Positions 20,155-30,766 of a stretch of 64,000 nt of DNA are shown here, piece after piece. The first letter of the stretch is position 1. The number at the start of each line of letters is the position of its first letter. The DNA is from an uncultured delta proteobacterium. Its GTDB lineage: Bacteria > Desulfobacterota > Desulfobacteria > Desulfobacterales > QNYZ01. A program made the translations under genes and the position numbers. The notes under the pieces were generated by a model. It did no database searches, had not been told where the DNA came from, and worked only from the letters and a program-made list of their open reading frames with translations. The stretch spans positions 448,001-512,000 of the forward strand of contig CAWJQU010000002.1 of NCBI GenBank assembly GCA_963845145.1, given 5' to 3'.

Positions 20155-23100
20155 GACGGGTAATGGCGTCATTTGCCCGCAACACGGTCTTTGCCAATAT
20201 CGTCCTGGCCTTGCTGTTTTTGGCAGGTGGTATTGCCGTCAACAATATGATCAAAGAGAATTTTCCCGAATTTTCGCTGGATATGATCACGGTCTCGGTA
20301 CCTTACCCCGGCGCCGACCCCGAGGAGGTCGAGGAAGGGATCAGTCGAAAAATCGAAGAGGTGATTGAAGAGATCGAAGGAATCAAACAATATACGACCC
20401 AATCCGGAGAAAACCTGGGGACAACGCTCATCGAAGTTAAAGAAAACTATGATGTCGACACGGTCCTTGACAAGGTCCGCACCAAGATCAACGCTATCTC
20501 TACTTTTCCAACGGACGCTGAAAGACCGGTGATCGCCGAACTCGTTTTAAAAGACCCGGTTGTGCTGTTATATCTATCCGGTAATATGTCCGAACGCAGA
20601 ATCAAGGAATGGGCGGAGAAAGTCAAAGATCAGATCCAACAGCTTCCCGAAGTGTCGCAGGTGGGTATTTTCGGCGCCCGTCAGTACGAAATCGGCATCG
20701 AGGTTTCCGAGGAACGGTTGCGCGAGTATGGCCTGACGTTTGACATGGTGGCGGCAGCGGTGCGCCGCAGCAACCTCAATCTCGCCGGGGGTACAATTCG
20801 GGGAGAGGGCGAAGAGATTCGAATTCGCACGATGGGCCGCAGGTACACGGGAGCCGAACTGGCCGATATCGTGGTCCTCGCCCGCCCCGAAGGCGAAATC
20901 ATCACCCTGGACCGCCTGGCCAACATCAAGGATGGGTTTACCGAAGATCCGATTCAGGCAACCATTAATGGTCAACCTGCCGTGTTGATTAACGTGGCCA
21001 AAACCAAAGAAGAAGACGCCCTGGCCATCTCCCGGGCGGTGGAAGCGTACATTGCCGACCAACAAGTGCATTTTCCAAAGGGGGTCAACCTGAACATCCT
21101 CTATGACAATACGGAAATGCTTCGGGCACGCATCAATCTATTGGTTAAAAACGGTATCATCGGCCTTTCAATCGTTTTTTTGCTTTTGTGGACCTTTTTA
21201 AACGCACGCCTGTCGTTTTGGAGCGGAATGGGCATCCCTGTCTCCATCGCCGGTGCGCTGGCTGTTTTATGGGCCATCGGCGGTACGATTAACCTGATTT
21301 CCCTCTTCGGCTTGATCATGGTTTTAGGAATTGTGGTGGACGATGCCATTGTGGTGGGCGAAGCCATCTTCACCCATCGCAAACTCGGCAAACCACCTAT
21401 CCGCGCAGCAGTCGACGGCGTCAGCGAAGTCGGCATGCCGGTGGTGGCGGCCGTCATTACGACGATTGTGGCATTTGTTCCCCTTTTTTATATCGGCGGC
21501 ATCATGGGCAAATTCATCTCCATCCTGCCGGTTGTGGTCATCGCCTGTCTGGCCATTTCACTGGTGGAATGCTTGTTTCTCCTGCCGGCCCACCTGAGCC
21601 ATTTGCCGGACCCCAACGTTATTGAAGGGAATACAAACCCACTGTCCCGTCGTCTGGATAAATTACACCGATTGACAGCTTCGGGCATGGAGTGGTTCGT
21701 CGAACGCGTGTATACCCCATTCTTAAGCTGGGCGCTTTACTGGCGCTACATCTCGTTTTGCACTGCCATTGCTGTTTTACTGTTAACTTTCGGACTTGTG
21801 CAAAGCGGCATCGTCAAATTCGAGGTATTCCCGGAAATCGATGGATTTGTCGTAACCGCCCATATTGAATTTCCCAATGGGACCCCACCGGATATCACGG
21901 CTGATACCATCGCCAAAGTCGACGCCGCGTTACAGCGACTGGCCGACCAAACCAAAACTTTGTCCGGTGACCCCCTGATCGAAAACCGGATTACCCTGGT
22001 GGGGCAAACCTTGGAGGATATACCTAAAAGTGGGCCCAATATGGGATCGGTACAAGCCATTTTATTGCGATCCGAAAAGCGGGGCGTCCATACGAAAGAC
22101 CTGATGGTGGCCTGGGAAAAGGAGATCGGCGCCATCCCCGGCATCAAATCACTGACCTTTACCGGCCTCCAAATGGGCCCGCCGGGTGACCCCATCGAAG
22201 TATGGCTGCAGGGTAGTGACATGGACGATATTCTGGCCGCATCCGAAGCCCTCAAGGCACGGCTGGCGCGGTTTACGGGCGTTTATCAAATTCGGTCCGA
22301 CTTTGCCCCGGGTAAATATGAAATGCGGCTTCAACTAAAACCCGAAGCGAGCACCCTGGGACTGACCGTCGAAGATCTGGCACGCCAGGTTTATGCCGGC
22401 TATTATGGCGATGAAGCCATTCGGCTCCAGCGGGGCCGGGACGATGTTCGGGTGCGCGTAAGGTACACGGCCGGCGAACGCAATCAGATCGCCGACATTG
22501 AACAAATTAGAATCAGAACCAAGACGGGGCATCAGATTCCCCTTTTGTCGGTGGCCAACATCTCTTTTTCTCCAGGCTATGCCACCATTACCCGGACCAA
22601 TGGCATGCGCCGGGTATCGGTCAGCGCCGGCGTGGACACCGCCAAGGCCAATGCCGGCGAAATCTTTGCCGAACTGAGTTCTACTTTTTTCCCAAAAATA
22701 AAAAAGTCGTATCCAGGTATTCATGTGGAACTACAGGGCGAACAAAAGAAGATGCGCGAGTCGTTTGGCAGCCTCTATGTGGGTTTCCCCCTGGCCGTTG
22801 TCGGTATTTTTATTATTATCGCCACCATGTTCCGCTCCTACGCTCAGCCCTTTGTTATCCTGTTCACCGTCCCTTTCGGCATTATTGGCGCAGTATTGGG
22901 GCATTTGTTGATGGGATACAATCTGTCCATGATGAGTATTTTTGGCATGGTGGCCCTTACGGGGGTCGTGGTCAATGATGCTATCGTTTTAATCGAACGG
23001 GTTAACGAGAATATGGCCGAGGGGATGCGTTTTTTCGAAGCGATTCTCAAAGGTGGCGCCCGACGTTTTCGGGCCATTTTTCTGACCACGCTCAGTACCG

Positions 23101-23378
23101 TAGGTGGCCTGGCCCCCTTGATCATGGAGCAGGACCTGCAAGCCAAATTCCTTATCCCCATGGCCCTTTCCATCGCTGCAGGAGTGGCCTTCGCCACAGT
23201 GCTCACGTTGGTCCTTATCCCCAGTCTGATGGCCATTCTAAGCGACTTTCGCCTTATCACCCATCGCCTTCGAAAGGGATATTGGCCCAAACGTCTCGAT
23301 GTCGAACCAGCCCGTGATCGACACCAGGATCCTCTGGGACCGTTACCGGTTAAGCACAATGCGCAACCCGATCACTGA
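20151..23378 (+). CDS. RND efflux permease (AcrB/AcrD/AcrF family)
   Basis: 1075 aa; PYPGADPEEVE, GIVVDDAIVV, GVVVNDAIVL, RFRAIFLTT. Confidence 0.95.
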   Translation: MRRVMASFARNTVFANIVLALLFLAGGIAVNNMIKENFPEFSLDMITVSVPYPGADPEEVEEGISRKIEEVIEEIEGIKQYTTQSGENLGTTLIEVKENYDVDTVLDKVRTKINAISTFPTDAERPVIAELVLKDPVVLLYLSGNMSERRIKEWAEKVKDQIQQLPEVSQVGIFGARQYEIGIEVSEERLREYGLTFDMVAAAVRRSNLNLAGGTIRGEGEEIRIRTMGRRYTGAELADIVVLARPEGEIITLDRLANIKDGFTEDPIQATINGQPAVLINVAKTKEEDALAISRAVEAYIADQQVHFPKGVNLNILYDNTEMLRARINLLVKNGIIGLSIVFLLLWTFLNARLSFWSGMGIPVSIAGALAVLWAIGGTINLISLFGLIMVLGIVVDDAIVVGEAIFTHRKLGKPPIRAAVDGVSEVGMPVVAAVITTIVAFVPLFYIGGIMGKFISILPVVVIACLAISLVECLFLLPAHLSHLPDPNVIEGNTNPLSRRLDKLHRLTASGMEWFVERVYTPFLSWALYWRYISFCTAIAVLLLTFGLVQSGIVKFEVFPEIDGFVVTAHIEFPNGTPPDITADTIAKVDAALQRLADQTKTLSGDPLIENRITLVGQTLEDIPKSGPNMGSVQAILLRSEKRGVHTKDLMVAWEKEIGAIPGIKSLTFTGLQMGPPGDPIEVWLQGSDMDDILAASEALKARLARFTGVYQIRSDFAPGKYEMRLQLKPEASTLGLTVEDLARQVYAGYYGDEAIRLQRGRDDVRVRVRYTAGERNQIADIEQIRIRTKTGHQIPLLSVANISFSPGYATITRTNGMRRVSVSAGVDTAKANAGEIFAELSSTFFPKIKKSYPGIHVELQGEQKKMRESFGSLYVGFPLAVVGIFIIIATMFRSYAQPFVILFTVPFGIIGAVLGHLLMGYNLSMMSIFGMVALTGVVVNDAIVLIERVNENMAEGMRFFEAILKGGARRFRAIFLTTLSTVGGLAPLIMEQDLQAKFLIPMALSIAAGVAFATVLTLVLIPSLMAILSDFRLITHRLRKGYWPKRLDVEPARDRHQDPLGPLPVKHNAQPDH

Positions 23379-23415
23379 GACCCGTCTATTAACGCTGATG
23401 TTAACGGAGAACGAT

Positions 23416-24843
23416 ATGCCACTTTTAACCCGAAAACTCCATAAGTTTGCCATAAGCTGTTTCACGATCGTTTTGCTGGTTGTCTCTGCTGAAACAAACA
23501 GGGCTAAATCCGTTCGAGCAAACGAATTATCGACCGTTGATCACATTGACGTTCTGGACCTTGATACCGCCATTTCCATCGCCTTGGCGGGGAATCCCAC
23601 CATTGATGCGGCCAAAGCCCGTGTTCTTCAGGCAAAAGCACGTTTAAATCAGTCCCGCTCAACCTATTGGCCGCGAGTGGATGGCGCAGTATCCGGATCT
23701 CGCATCTCATTATCGGAACGCACCTTTGAGGAACGGCTGGCACAAGCCCGCTTTTTTAATCCAACCATCGAAATCAAGGACCCTGAAACGTATTACCGTG
23801 CCCGCCTTTCGGCCGTCTGGGTTCTTTTTGACGGATTTGAACGAAAATTTAAAAATGCATCCGCGCTTACCGGTCTAGCCCAAAGCGAAACGGCCCGGCT
23901 GGAAACCCGCCGGCTACTCCTTACATCGGTGGCGAGGACTTATTTTGCTGCTCAATTAGCCCTCGAAAATCTGGCCATTGCCCGCGCGGATGCCACCTTT
24001 AATCAACGCCTGCTGACCGAGGCCCAAGCCCGTCGCCGCAGCGGCACCGGCTCGCTAAGCGATGAGCTCAATTTTCAAGTGCGGGTCAATGCCGCCCTTG
24101 GTGAAGAGATAAAAGCCCAGGAGGCATATGCATCAACGAAGTTCGCCCTGGCAGCCATATTGGGAATCCCCACTGCCCGTTTTCCAGCCAAATTAACCTT
24201 GGCCCGTCTCGCCAGAGCGTCCGAGCAAGATATGCAGCCCCAAACACAACAACCGCTGATCGAATATGCGCTGAATCATCGCCCGGATCTTCGCCAAAGT
24301 GAATTCGAACTGACCCAGGCTGAACTGGCCGTCAAAATCGCCCGCTCCGGCTACTACCCCAAGATCAATTTCCTGGCAGCCATGGATGGCGAACGCCCTC
24401 AAGATACCGGCCTTGAAGAAGATGATTTTGGAAAAACGCTGGGCGTTGAATTGTCATATAACCTATTTTCGGGCGGCTTGACCCGTGCCGGTATCGATGA
24501 AGCCAAAGCCCGAATGGCCGAAAAAACCAAACAATTGGCCAATACCCGGATTCAAATCAATGCCGAGGTGCTATCTGCATTATCCAATCTAACAGCCGCC
24601 CAACGGCAATTGTCGCTTCAACGTGATAATGCCGAGCTCGTGAAAAGACAACGAATCCTGGTCGAAAAAGAATACCAGGCCGGTCAGGGGACGTTGGTAA
24701 GGCTCAATGAAGCCCAGCGCGATCTGACCGCCACCCAGGGCCGTCTGGCCCTTGCCCTGGCATCGGTCCACGACGCCTGGTTCAAACTTAATACAGAGAC
24801 AGGGAAAGTATTAGAGGCGTATCCGCTATTAAGCCCGGAATAA
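23416..24843 (+). CDS. TolC-family outer membrane channel
   Basis: Signal-like N-terminus after GGAG RBS; LDTAISIALAGNP, VLFDGF, ALNHRPDL, YNLFSGG repeats. Confidence 0.88.
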   Translation: MPLLTRKLHKFAISCFTIVLLVVSAETNRAKSVRANELSTVDHIDVLDLDTAISIALAGNPTIDAAKARVLQAKARLNQSRSTYWPRVDGAVSGSRISLSERTFEERLAQARFFNPTIEIKDPETYYRARLSAVWVLFDGFERKFKNASALTGLAQSETARLETRRLLLTSVARTYFAAQLALENLAIARADATFNQRLLTEAQARRRSGTGSLSDELNFQVRVNAALGEEIKAQEAYASTKFALAAILGIPTARFPAKLTLARLARASEQDMQPQTQQPLIEYALNHRPDLRQSEFELTQAELAVKIARSGYYPKINFLAAMDGERPQDTGLEEDDFGKTLGVELSYNLFSGGLTRAGIDEAKARMAEKTKQLANTRIQINAEVLSALSNLTAAQRQLSLQRDNAELVKRQRILVEKEYQAGQGTLVRLNEAQRDLTATQGRLALALASVHDAWFKLNTETGKVLEAYPLLSPE

Positions 24844-24948
24844 GAAACGATTGAATTCAGCCGCGCTTCCTTTGTAGCGGTCTTATTTAAAAAATAAAAG
24901 CTGGAAAAATATCAATTGATAAACAAAAATAAGGTTACATAAAACGTT

Positions 24949-25728
24949 ATGATAATCGCCCTATCACCTTCTAAAGGACAATCTTTCGATTGTCAGGTTC
25001 CGGTAGCAAACTACACGCAACCAAGTCTTTTGAATCATTCAAAACGGCTGATCCACGAATTAAGACCTTTGCAAATTCCAGCGCTCCAAAAACTCATGCA
25101 CATTAGCGAAAAAATAGCTGTTTTGAACGCAAAGCGATATCGAGATTTTTCAATCCCGTTCACCCGGAAAAACGCCAAACAAGCCTTGTTTGTTTTTCAA
25201 GGGGATGTGTACCGTCAAATCCCGGTCGACGCATATTCCGATTCAGATCTGGTCTTTGCTCAGACTCATTTACGAATTTTATCCGGTTTATACGGGGTAT
25301 TGCGACCGTTGGATTTGATACAGCCCTACCGGCTGGAAATGAAAACCAAACTTAAAACCGTTCGGGGGGACAACTTGTATCAATTTTGGGGAGAGCGTCT
25401 GACAAAAAGGCTTAATAAAGCGATGGAAAACCTAAAAAACCCGGTACTCATCAACCTGGCGAGCAAGGAGTATTTCAAAGCCATTCAACCAAAACGACTG
25501 AAAGGGCGTTTAATCACCACCCATTTTAAAGAGATAAAAGACGGAAAAGCGCGCATCATCGGAATTTACGCCAAGCGTGCCCGGGGGATGATGGCCCACT
25601 ACCTGATTAAAAATCGTGTGGAAACGCCCGAGCAGATCAAAAGATTCAATTCGGCAGGTTATCGGTTTTCAGAAAACGACTCGAACGCACACGATTGGAT
25701 ATTTGTCAGACCGCAGCCAACAAACTAA
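24949..25728 (+). CDS. yaaA: Peroxide stress protein YaaA (DUF328)
   Basis: LSPSK, GDVY, ILSGLYGVLRPLDLIQPYRLEM, NLASKEY, AKRARG. Confidence 0.94.
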   Translation: MIIALSPSKGQSFDCQVPVANYTQPSLLNHSKRLIHELRPLQIPALQKLMHISEKIAVLNAKRYRDFSIPFTRKNAKQALFVFQGDVYRQIPVDAYSDSDLVFAQTHLRILSGLYGVLRPLDLIQPYRLEMKTKLKTVRGDNLYQFWGERLTKRLNKAMENLKNPVLINLASKEYFKAIQPKRLKGRLITTHFKEIKDGKARIIGIYAKRARGMMAHYLIKNRVETPEQIKRFNSAGYRFSENDSNAHDWIFVRPQPTN

Positions 25729-25854
25729 TTTGCACAAAACCGGGAACAAGAAAGCTGGAAAAAGTGGGGGCCTGAATCGGGATTCCAGGTGTCGATACTT
25801 CCCAGCCTTTGGAAGGTGATTCTACTTATTGATAAATAGCAAAGACTCTCGTTT

Positions 25855-26547
25855 TTAATATCCGTTTTTTTTTCGTTTACGCCCGGCAACGACCATACCG
25901 ACCAAACCGGTGCCGAGAAGCAACATAGTGGCCGGCTCGGGAACAGGGGTTGCAGCCGTCCCTCCAAGGGTCCCGGTGTCAATGGCAAAAGCGACCCGGG
26001 TAACAGTAAAATCATTGCCCCTACGCCCCCTGTGATTTGTTAAACCTTCTCCATCTCCATTTGCAGCAATATTGAGATTGCCCCAGCCCCACTCATCAAA
26101 AAGATCTACTTGGTGGGATGTAAATGTGTATGCATATTGAAAAGTTCTGCCATTCCGCCGATTTCCATTCCACATGAATGACTCTCCAAAACTTTCAACT
26201 ATGTTTTGCTCGCCATCCCAAGTAGAAAAAGTTATATCGATTTGTTCACCTCTTTTGTCTCTGGATAATAGATCGATATACAAAGTGACCGAGGCGTACT
26301 CTCCTTGTCCACCAATGGAATCCTGCGACAACCCCAAAGTTGAATTTGTCTCTATCGGATATTGAGATAATACAGGGTCATTAGGGTCACGGGTATTGTT
26401 AAACCATAAATCAAAACCAAAATCATAAGATTTACCTTCCCGAACCTTTTGACGGCCGGTGTATTCCTCATAAAAAGGTACGGCGGAAACACTACCCGCT
26501 GCCAGCAACAGTATCACAATACACAAAAGGCCGATTTCCCTTTTCAT
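25855..26547 (-). CDS. PEP-CTERM surface protein
   Basis: Signal peptide MKREIG..SVSA; C-terminal VPEPATMLLLGTGLVGMVVAGRKRKK. Confidence 0.92.
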   Translation of the reverse strand: MKREIGLLCIVILLLAAGSVSAVPFYEEYTGRQKVREGKSYDFGFDLWFNNTRDPNDPVLSQYPIETNSTLGLSQDSIGGQGEYASVTLYIDLLSRDKRGEQIDITFSTWDGEQNIVESFGESFMWNGNRRNGRTFQYAYTFTSHQVDLFDEWGWGNLNIAANGDGEGLTNHRGRRGNDFTVTRVAFAIDTGTLGGTAATPVPEPATMLLLGTGLVGMVVAGRKRKKNGY

Positions 26548-26614
26548 CTCCCCCCCCATCTTTAGTGCAAGGAATTTATGATAGACACAAGATATAGTAT
26601 GATTCGGTATAGAA

Positions 26615-26630
26615 AGCAAGAGCCATACCA
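26615..26630 (-). promoter_or_regulatory. Sigma-54 (-24/-12) promoter of the PEP-CTERM gene
   Basis: Minus strand TGGTAT-GGCTC-TTGCT with correct GG-N10-GC spacing, about 70 nt upstream of the ATG. Confidence 0.7.
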
Positions 26631-26935
26631 TACCCATACACTTTTTTTTAAAAAAATAAATTGTGCCAACTAATTCTAAATCATACCACAGAGTTAAGGG
26701 TAAGTAAATGAAGCCATTTTAGTTCAAATTTCTAAAAACAGGCCATTACTTTTCTACGATTATGAAAAAAAAGTTATACTTTTAGGAAAGTTTTTCCAAA
26801 AAACCCAGATCTTTCGCCTGGGTGTTTTTCGTTTCGACAGCGAGAATTTCGAGTGCTTGGTCTGTGAGGGGCCGGCATTACAAACGGCCGTTGTACCCGA
26901 ATAGTATTTCGAAAACCGTTACCCGCTTGTACGTA

Positions 26936-29221
26936 TTATTGAGACAATACCGCCCGCGCCTCATCGGCCCGGCTAAATTGACTGTCCAGAGAAAGCGCTT
27001 TGGTTAACAAGTTTCGCGCCCGTTCCTTGTCCCCCTTTTGATGATACGCCATCCCCAGGTGGTAGTTGACATGCGGATTATCAGGCAATTTTCCCAGGGC
27101 GTCTGTCAATTCGGCAATGGCACTGTCGTAGATGCCTTTTTTATAGAAAACCCAGCCCAGGGTATCCATAACGTTTGGATCTTCAGGGTATTTTTCTTTG
27201 GACTTGCGTGCCAGGTTAAGGGCTTTATCCAAATCTTCATTCTTTTCGGCAAGCAAATAGGCCAGATTATTGGCCGCCGGGATAAAGTCAGGGTCGACTT
27301 CAAGGGCCTGGCGGTAATGTTCTTCAGACAGATCAGGTTTTTTTTGCATATCGTAGATCGTGCCCAACATCATGTGGGGTTGGGGCTGGTTGGGGTTTTG
27401 TTTTAAGGCTGCCTTGTATTGGGCGATGGCTTTATCCTGCTCGTTATTCATGCGATGGATCCTGGCCAGGGCATAATAGGGTCGCAAAAAATCCGGGTTT
27501 TCTGTTATGGCGGCCTGATACGCCGTTTGCGCCTCGGACGTCTTTTTTTGGGCCATAAAGACGCCGCCCTTTAGATAATGAACCGCCGCCATAACCGGCG
27601 ACGAATCCTTAACCCGTTCCAGTTGTGCATCGCATTTGGCAAGCGCAGTATCGAATTGTTGGTTGGTCACATGCAATAATATTACCTGGGTAAAGGCGTC
27701 CATCAATTTCGGGTTAATCGCCAGGGCCTTATCAAAATAGGTCAGCGCCTCATCATTGGCTTTCTGAAAGCGGTGTAGCATCCCCATCCGGTAATACCCG
27801 GCCGGGTTTTCCGGCGCCATCCGAATAATCGATTCAAACGCTTCTTTAGCTCGATCGGCATTTCCCTGGTACATATCCGCGTTGCCCTTAATCAGCAATG
27901 CTTGAAGGTTATTGGGATCGATATCAAGAACCGCCTGACTCTCCTTTCGAGCCAGAGCGAAATCACGCTCCTTCGCATAAAGATCGGCCACAATTAATCG
28001 CGCCTTGATATGCTCGGGATTGAGCTCGAGGACCTTGCCAAGCGCTTTTCTCCCCACCAACGCGTCCCCTTTTTTAATGTGCGACAGGCCTTTTAAATAA
28101 TGGGCTTGGACCGAATTGGGTTCTTCTTGAATGAGCTGATCAAGCAACGCAATAGCGTCCGGGTATTGGCGGTTGACAAGCTGGATCTCTGCCTTGAGCA
28201 GCAGGGCCGGAAAATATTTGGGCCTTTTTTCTAAAATGGCACCTAAAGTGTTCTCGGCCTTTTCCAGCGCTTTACGTTCAAAATGAAATTGGGCCACCGC
28301 GTAAAGTATACGCACATCTTCCGGTTCAATTTCGAGGGCCTTTGTGTACATGCCCAAAGCGTCATCAGGCTGATCGATCGTATCGTAAAAGCGCCCCGCC
28401 ACCATGTAAGGCCTGATGGTATCGGGGGCCTTGGCGATGGCGTCCAGATAGGCCTTTTCCGCGGCGGCCATATTTTCATTGCGGGTATAGAAATCACCCA
28501 ACACAATCAACAAGTCCGTATTTTCCGGATGCTGGTCAATAACACCCGTCAACACTGCTTCGGCACGATCGATTTCATTTTTAGCGATATAAAATCGAAC
28601 CAAAGATAACTGGGGGTCGATGGCTGCCGGGTCGACGGCGATGGCCTTTTTTAGCGTTTCTTCAGCTTCGGATAATCGCCCTGAATTCGCGTACACCTGA
28701 GACAGCCCTATATACGCCCGCACCTGTTTTTCATCAATTTCAATAATTTTGTTAAACAGCCGCGAAGCTTCATCCGGTTTTTTTTCTTTAAGATGAAAAC
28801 CCGCCTTGAGATAAAGAGCATCAACGTGGTTGGGCTCTTTGGCCAGGATTTTGTCAATCCGTTCTTTTGATTCTTCCTCTTTATTTGCCAAAGTATAAAA
28901 GGTCGCCAGTTTAAGCGCCACATCCAAATTGTCGGGATCCAGTTTTTCAACCCGCGAAAAAGTGCGGAATGCTTCCTGGGGATTGGCCAGCTTCATATAG
29001 GTTTCCCCAAGGCTCACATACGCTTCTAAGTATTGGGGATCAATCTGGATGGCATTTTTATATTCAATGACGGCGCTTTTGTATTCACCTTTTTCGAAAT
29101 AGGCCTTTCCTCTCTCAAAATGCGATATTTTCTTTTCTTGATCGGATTGGCAGCCGGTAACCAGCATCAGCCCGATGAATAAGGTGACTAAGGTGATAAA
29201 GAAAGTTGCCCTGCGCCCCAT
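26936..29221 (-). CDS. prsT: TPR-repeat lipoprotein, PrsT-like (PEP-CTERM system)
   Basis: Lipobox LVTGC; many TPRs; C-terminal AANNLAYL..DTLGWV..YHLGMAY; next to a PEP-CTERM gene. Confidence 0.8.
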   Translation of the reverse strand: MGRRATFFITLVTLFIGLMLVTGCQSDQEKKISHFERGKAYFEKGEYKSAVIEYKNAIQIDPQYLEAYVSLGETYMKLANPQEAFRTFSRVEKLDPDNLDVALKLATFYTLANKEEESKERIDKILAKEPNHVDALYLKAGFHLKEKKPDEASRLFNKIIEIDEKQVRAYIGLSQVYANSGRLSEAEETLKKAIAVDPAAIDPQLSLVRFYIAKNEIDRAEAVLTGVIDQHPENTDLLIVLGDFYTRNENMAAAEKAYLDAIAKAPDTIRPYMVAGRFYDTIDQPDDALGMYTKALEIEPEDVRILYAVAQFHFERKALEKAENTLGAILEKRPKYFPALLLKAEIQLVNRQYPDAIALLDQLIQEEPNSVQAHYLKGLSHIKKGDALVGRKALGKVLELNPEHIKARLIVADLYAKERDFALARKESQAVLDIDPNNLQALLIKGNADMYQGNADRAKEAFESIIRMAPENPAGYYRMGMLHRFQKANDEALTYFDKALAINPKLMDAFTQVILLHVTNQQFDTALAKCDAQLERVKDSSPVMAAVHYLKGGVFMAQKKTSEAQTAYQAAITENPDFLRPYYALARIHRMNNEQDKAIAQYKAALKQNPNQPQPHMMLGTIYDMQKKPDLSEEHYRQALEVDPDFIPAANNLAYLLAEKNEDLDKALNLARKSKEKYPEDPNVMDTLGWVFYKKGIYDSAIAELTDALGKLPDNPHVNYHLGMAYHQKGDKERARNLLTKALSLDSQFSRADEARAVLSQ

Positions 29222-29286
29222 ATTTTTACCTCCGGAGTGGGTTGTTTGCGATACATAACAATATTGGGTTTATGGTTAAACCCTGA

Positions 29287-30264
29287 TCAAGGTAACAACA
29301 CTGTTGATCCACTGGTTTTGCGCGCCTCAAGATCCCGGTGCGCTTGAGCGGCATCTTTCAATGGGTACGTTTGCCGAATCTCAATTTTAACAGCCCCGCT
29401 CTCAACCACTTTAAACAGGTCTGCTGCATGAGCTAAAAGATCTTCCCGCTTTTCAGTATAGGTCATTAAACTGGGCCGGGTTAAAAACAACGATCCCCCG
29501 GCAGCCAATTGACCGATATCAAACGGTGGCACGGGAGCAGCGGCTTGGCCAAAAGAGACCATCGTGCCCAATGGTTTCAGGCATCCCAATGATTTAGCAA
29601 AAGTGGGCTCTCCTACAGAATCGTAAACGACGTTCACCCCTTGGTTATCGGTTATCTCTTTGACTTTTTCCAAAAAATCGTCCTCGCTGTAATTTATCGG
29701 ATAATCGCACCCATTCGCCTGGGCCAGTACCGCTTTTTCCTTCGACCCGACCGTACCGATCACCGTGGCGCCCAGATGTTTCGCCCACTGGCAAAGAATT
29801 GTCCCAACGCCGCCGGCCGCCGCCTGAACCAATATGGTATCACCCGCTTTCACCGGATAACAACCAAAAAGCAGGTATCTGGCTGTCATCCCCTGTAGCA
29901 TCATCGCTGCGGCCTGGTTATAAGATATGGCCTTCGGCAGTTTAACCAGCCGATGGGCAGGCATTAAGCGCTCCTCGGCATAAGCCCCTGGGGGGACGCC
30001 TGCGTAGGCGACACGATCACCTGTTTCAAACGCATCAACATCCGCCCCCACCGCAACAACCGTTCCCGCGCCTTCCAGACCTAATACAGAGGGTAATTGG
30101 GGTAACGGATACAGGCCGGTACGGTGGTAAACATCGATAAAATTTAACCCCACGGCTTCGTGACGAAGATGCACCTCGCCAGGCCCCGGATCGTGCAGAT
30201 CAATTTTTTCCCACTGCAATACCTCGGGGCTTCCAGTCAAGTGAATGCGAATGGCATTGGTCAT
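29287..30264 (-). CDS. qor: NADPH:quinone oxidoreductase (zeta-crystallin/MDR)
   Basis: GLNFIDVY.R.G, AAAGGVG, VYDSVG, GSLFLTRPSL. Confidence 0.93.
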   Translation of the reverse strand: MTNAIRIHLTGSPEVLQWEKIDLHDPGPGEVHLRHEAVGLNFIDVYHRTGLYPLPQLPSVLGLEGAGTVVAVGADVDAFETGDRVAYAGVPPGAYAEERLMPAHRLVKLPKAISYNQAAAMMLQGMTARYLLFGCYPVKAGDTILVQAAAGGVGTILCQWAKHLGATVIGTVGSKEKAVLAQANGCDYPINYSEDDFLEKVKEITDNQGVNVVYDSVGEPTFAKSLGCLKPLGTMVSFGQAAAPVPPFDIGQLAAGGSLFLTRPSLMTYTEKREDLLAHAADLFKVVESGAVKIEIRQTYPLKDAAQAHRDLEARKTSGSTVLLP

Positions 30265-30475
30265 CTTGGCCTCCTTTCATGGTGAATTTTTTATTGGAAA
30301 ATTCCAGAAGACAGAACAATCGATTTGGCGAACCAACCCCTCATCCGGATCTAATCTTGATTTTGAGACTTCCTCTATTGACTTCCCTAAGTTATGTGTA
30401 AAATTAGTAATATTCGAAACCATGTCAATAAGTGGGTCAACCAATAATAAAAAAAGGATGAAAAGGGGAAACCAA

Positions 30476-30661
30476 ATGTTAAGTACTGATAAAATCACAG
30501 CCGCATTCAATGCCATTTGTGAAGAAGCCGAAAATTTGAGGGGCAGTACGGAATCCAGCGAAATCAAGGACGGATTGGCTCGAATCATTTCGATTGCCAA
30601 ACATCAAAATGATGTTCGCAGCGCCACCAAAGGCAGTTGCACAGCGTCGCATTCAAGTTAA
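30476..30661 (+). CDS. Small hypothetical protein (61 aa)
   Basis: AGGGG RBS before ATG 30476; protein-like helical sequence MLSTDKITAAFNAICEEAE..IISIAKHQNDVR. Confidence 0.55.
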   Translation: MLSTDKITAAFNAICEEAENLRGSTESSEIKDGLARIISIAKHQNDVRSATKGSCTASHSS

Positions 30662-30766
30662 GTGACGATTACTTACCTTGACGGGCGTATGAAGTAAACC
30701 TTTTTAAAAATGAACAATATTAGGGTGCCAAGTAAATAAAAACGTATTTACTTTCTGATTTCGCTC

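Noticed and set aside
30245..30475. N-terminal part of the 138-aa ORF and the opposite 107-aa ORF
   Set aside because: They span the divergent AT-rich promoter region; only the RBS-preceded 61-aa part looks coding.
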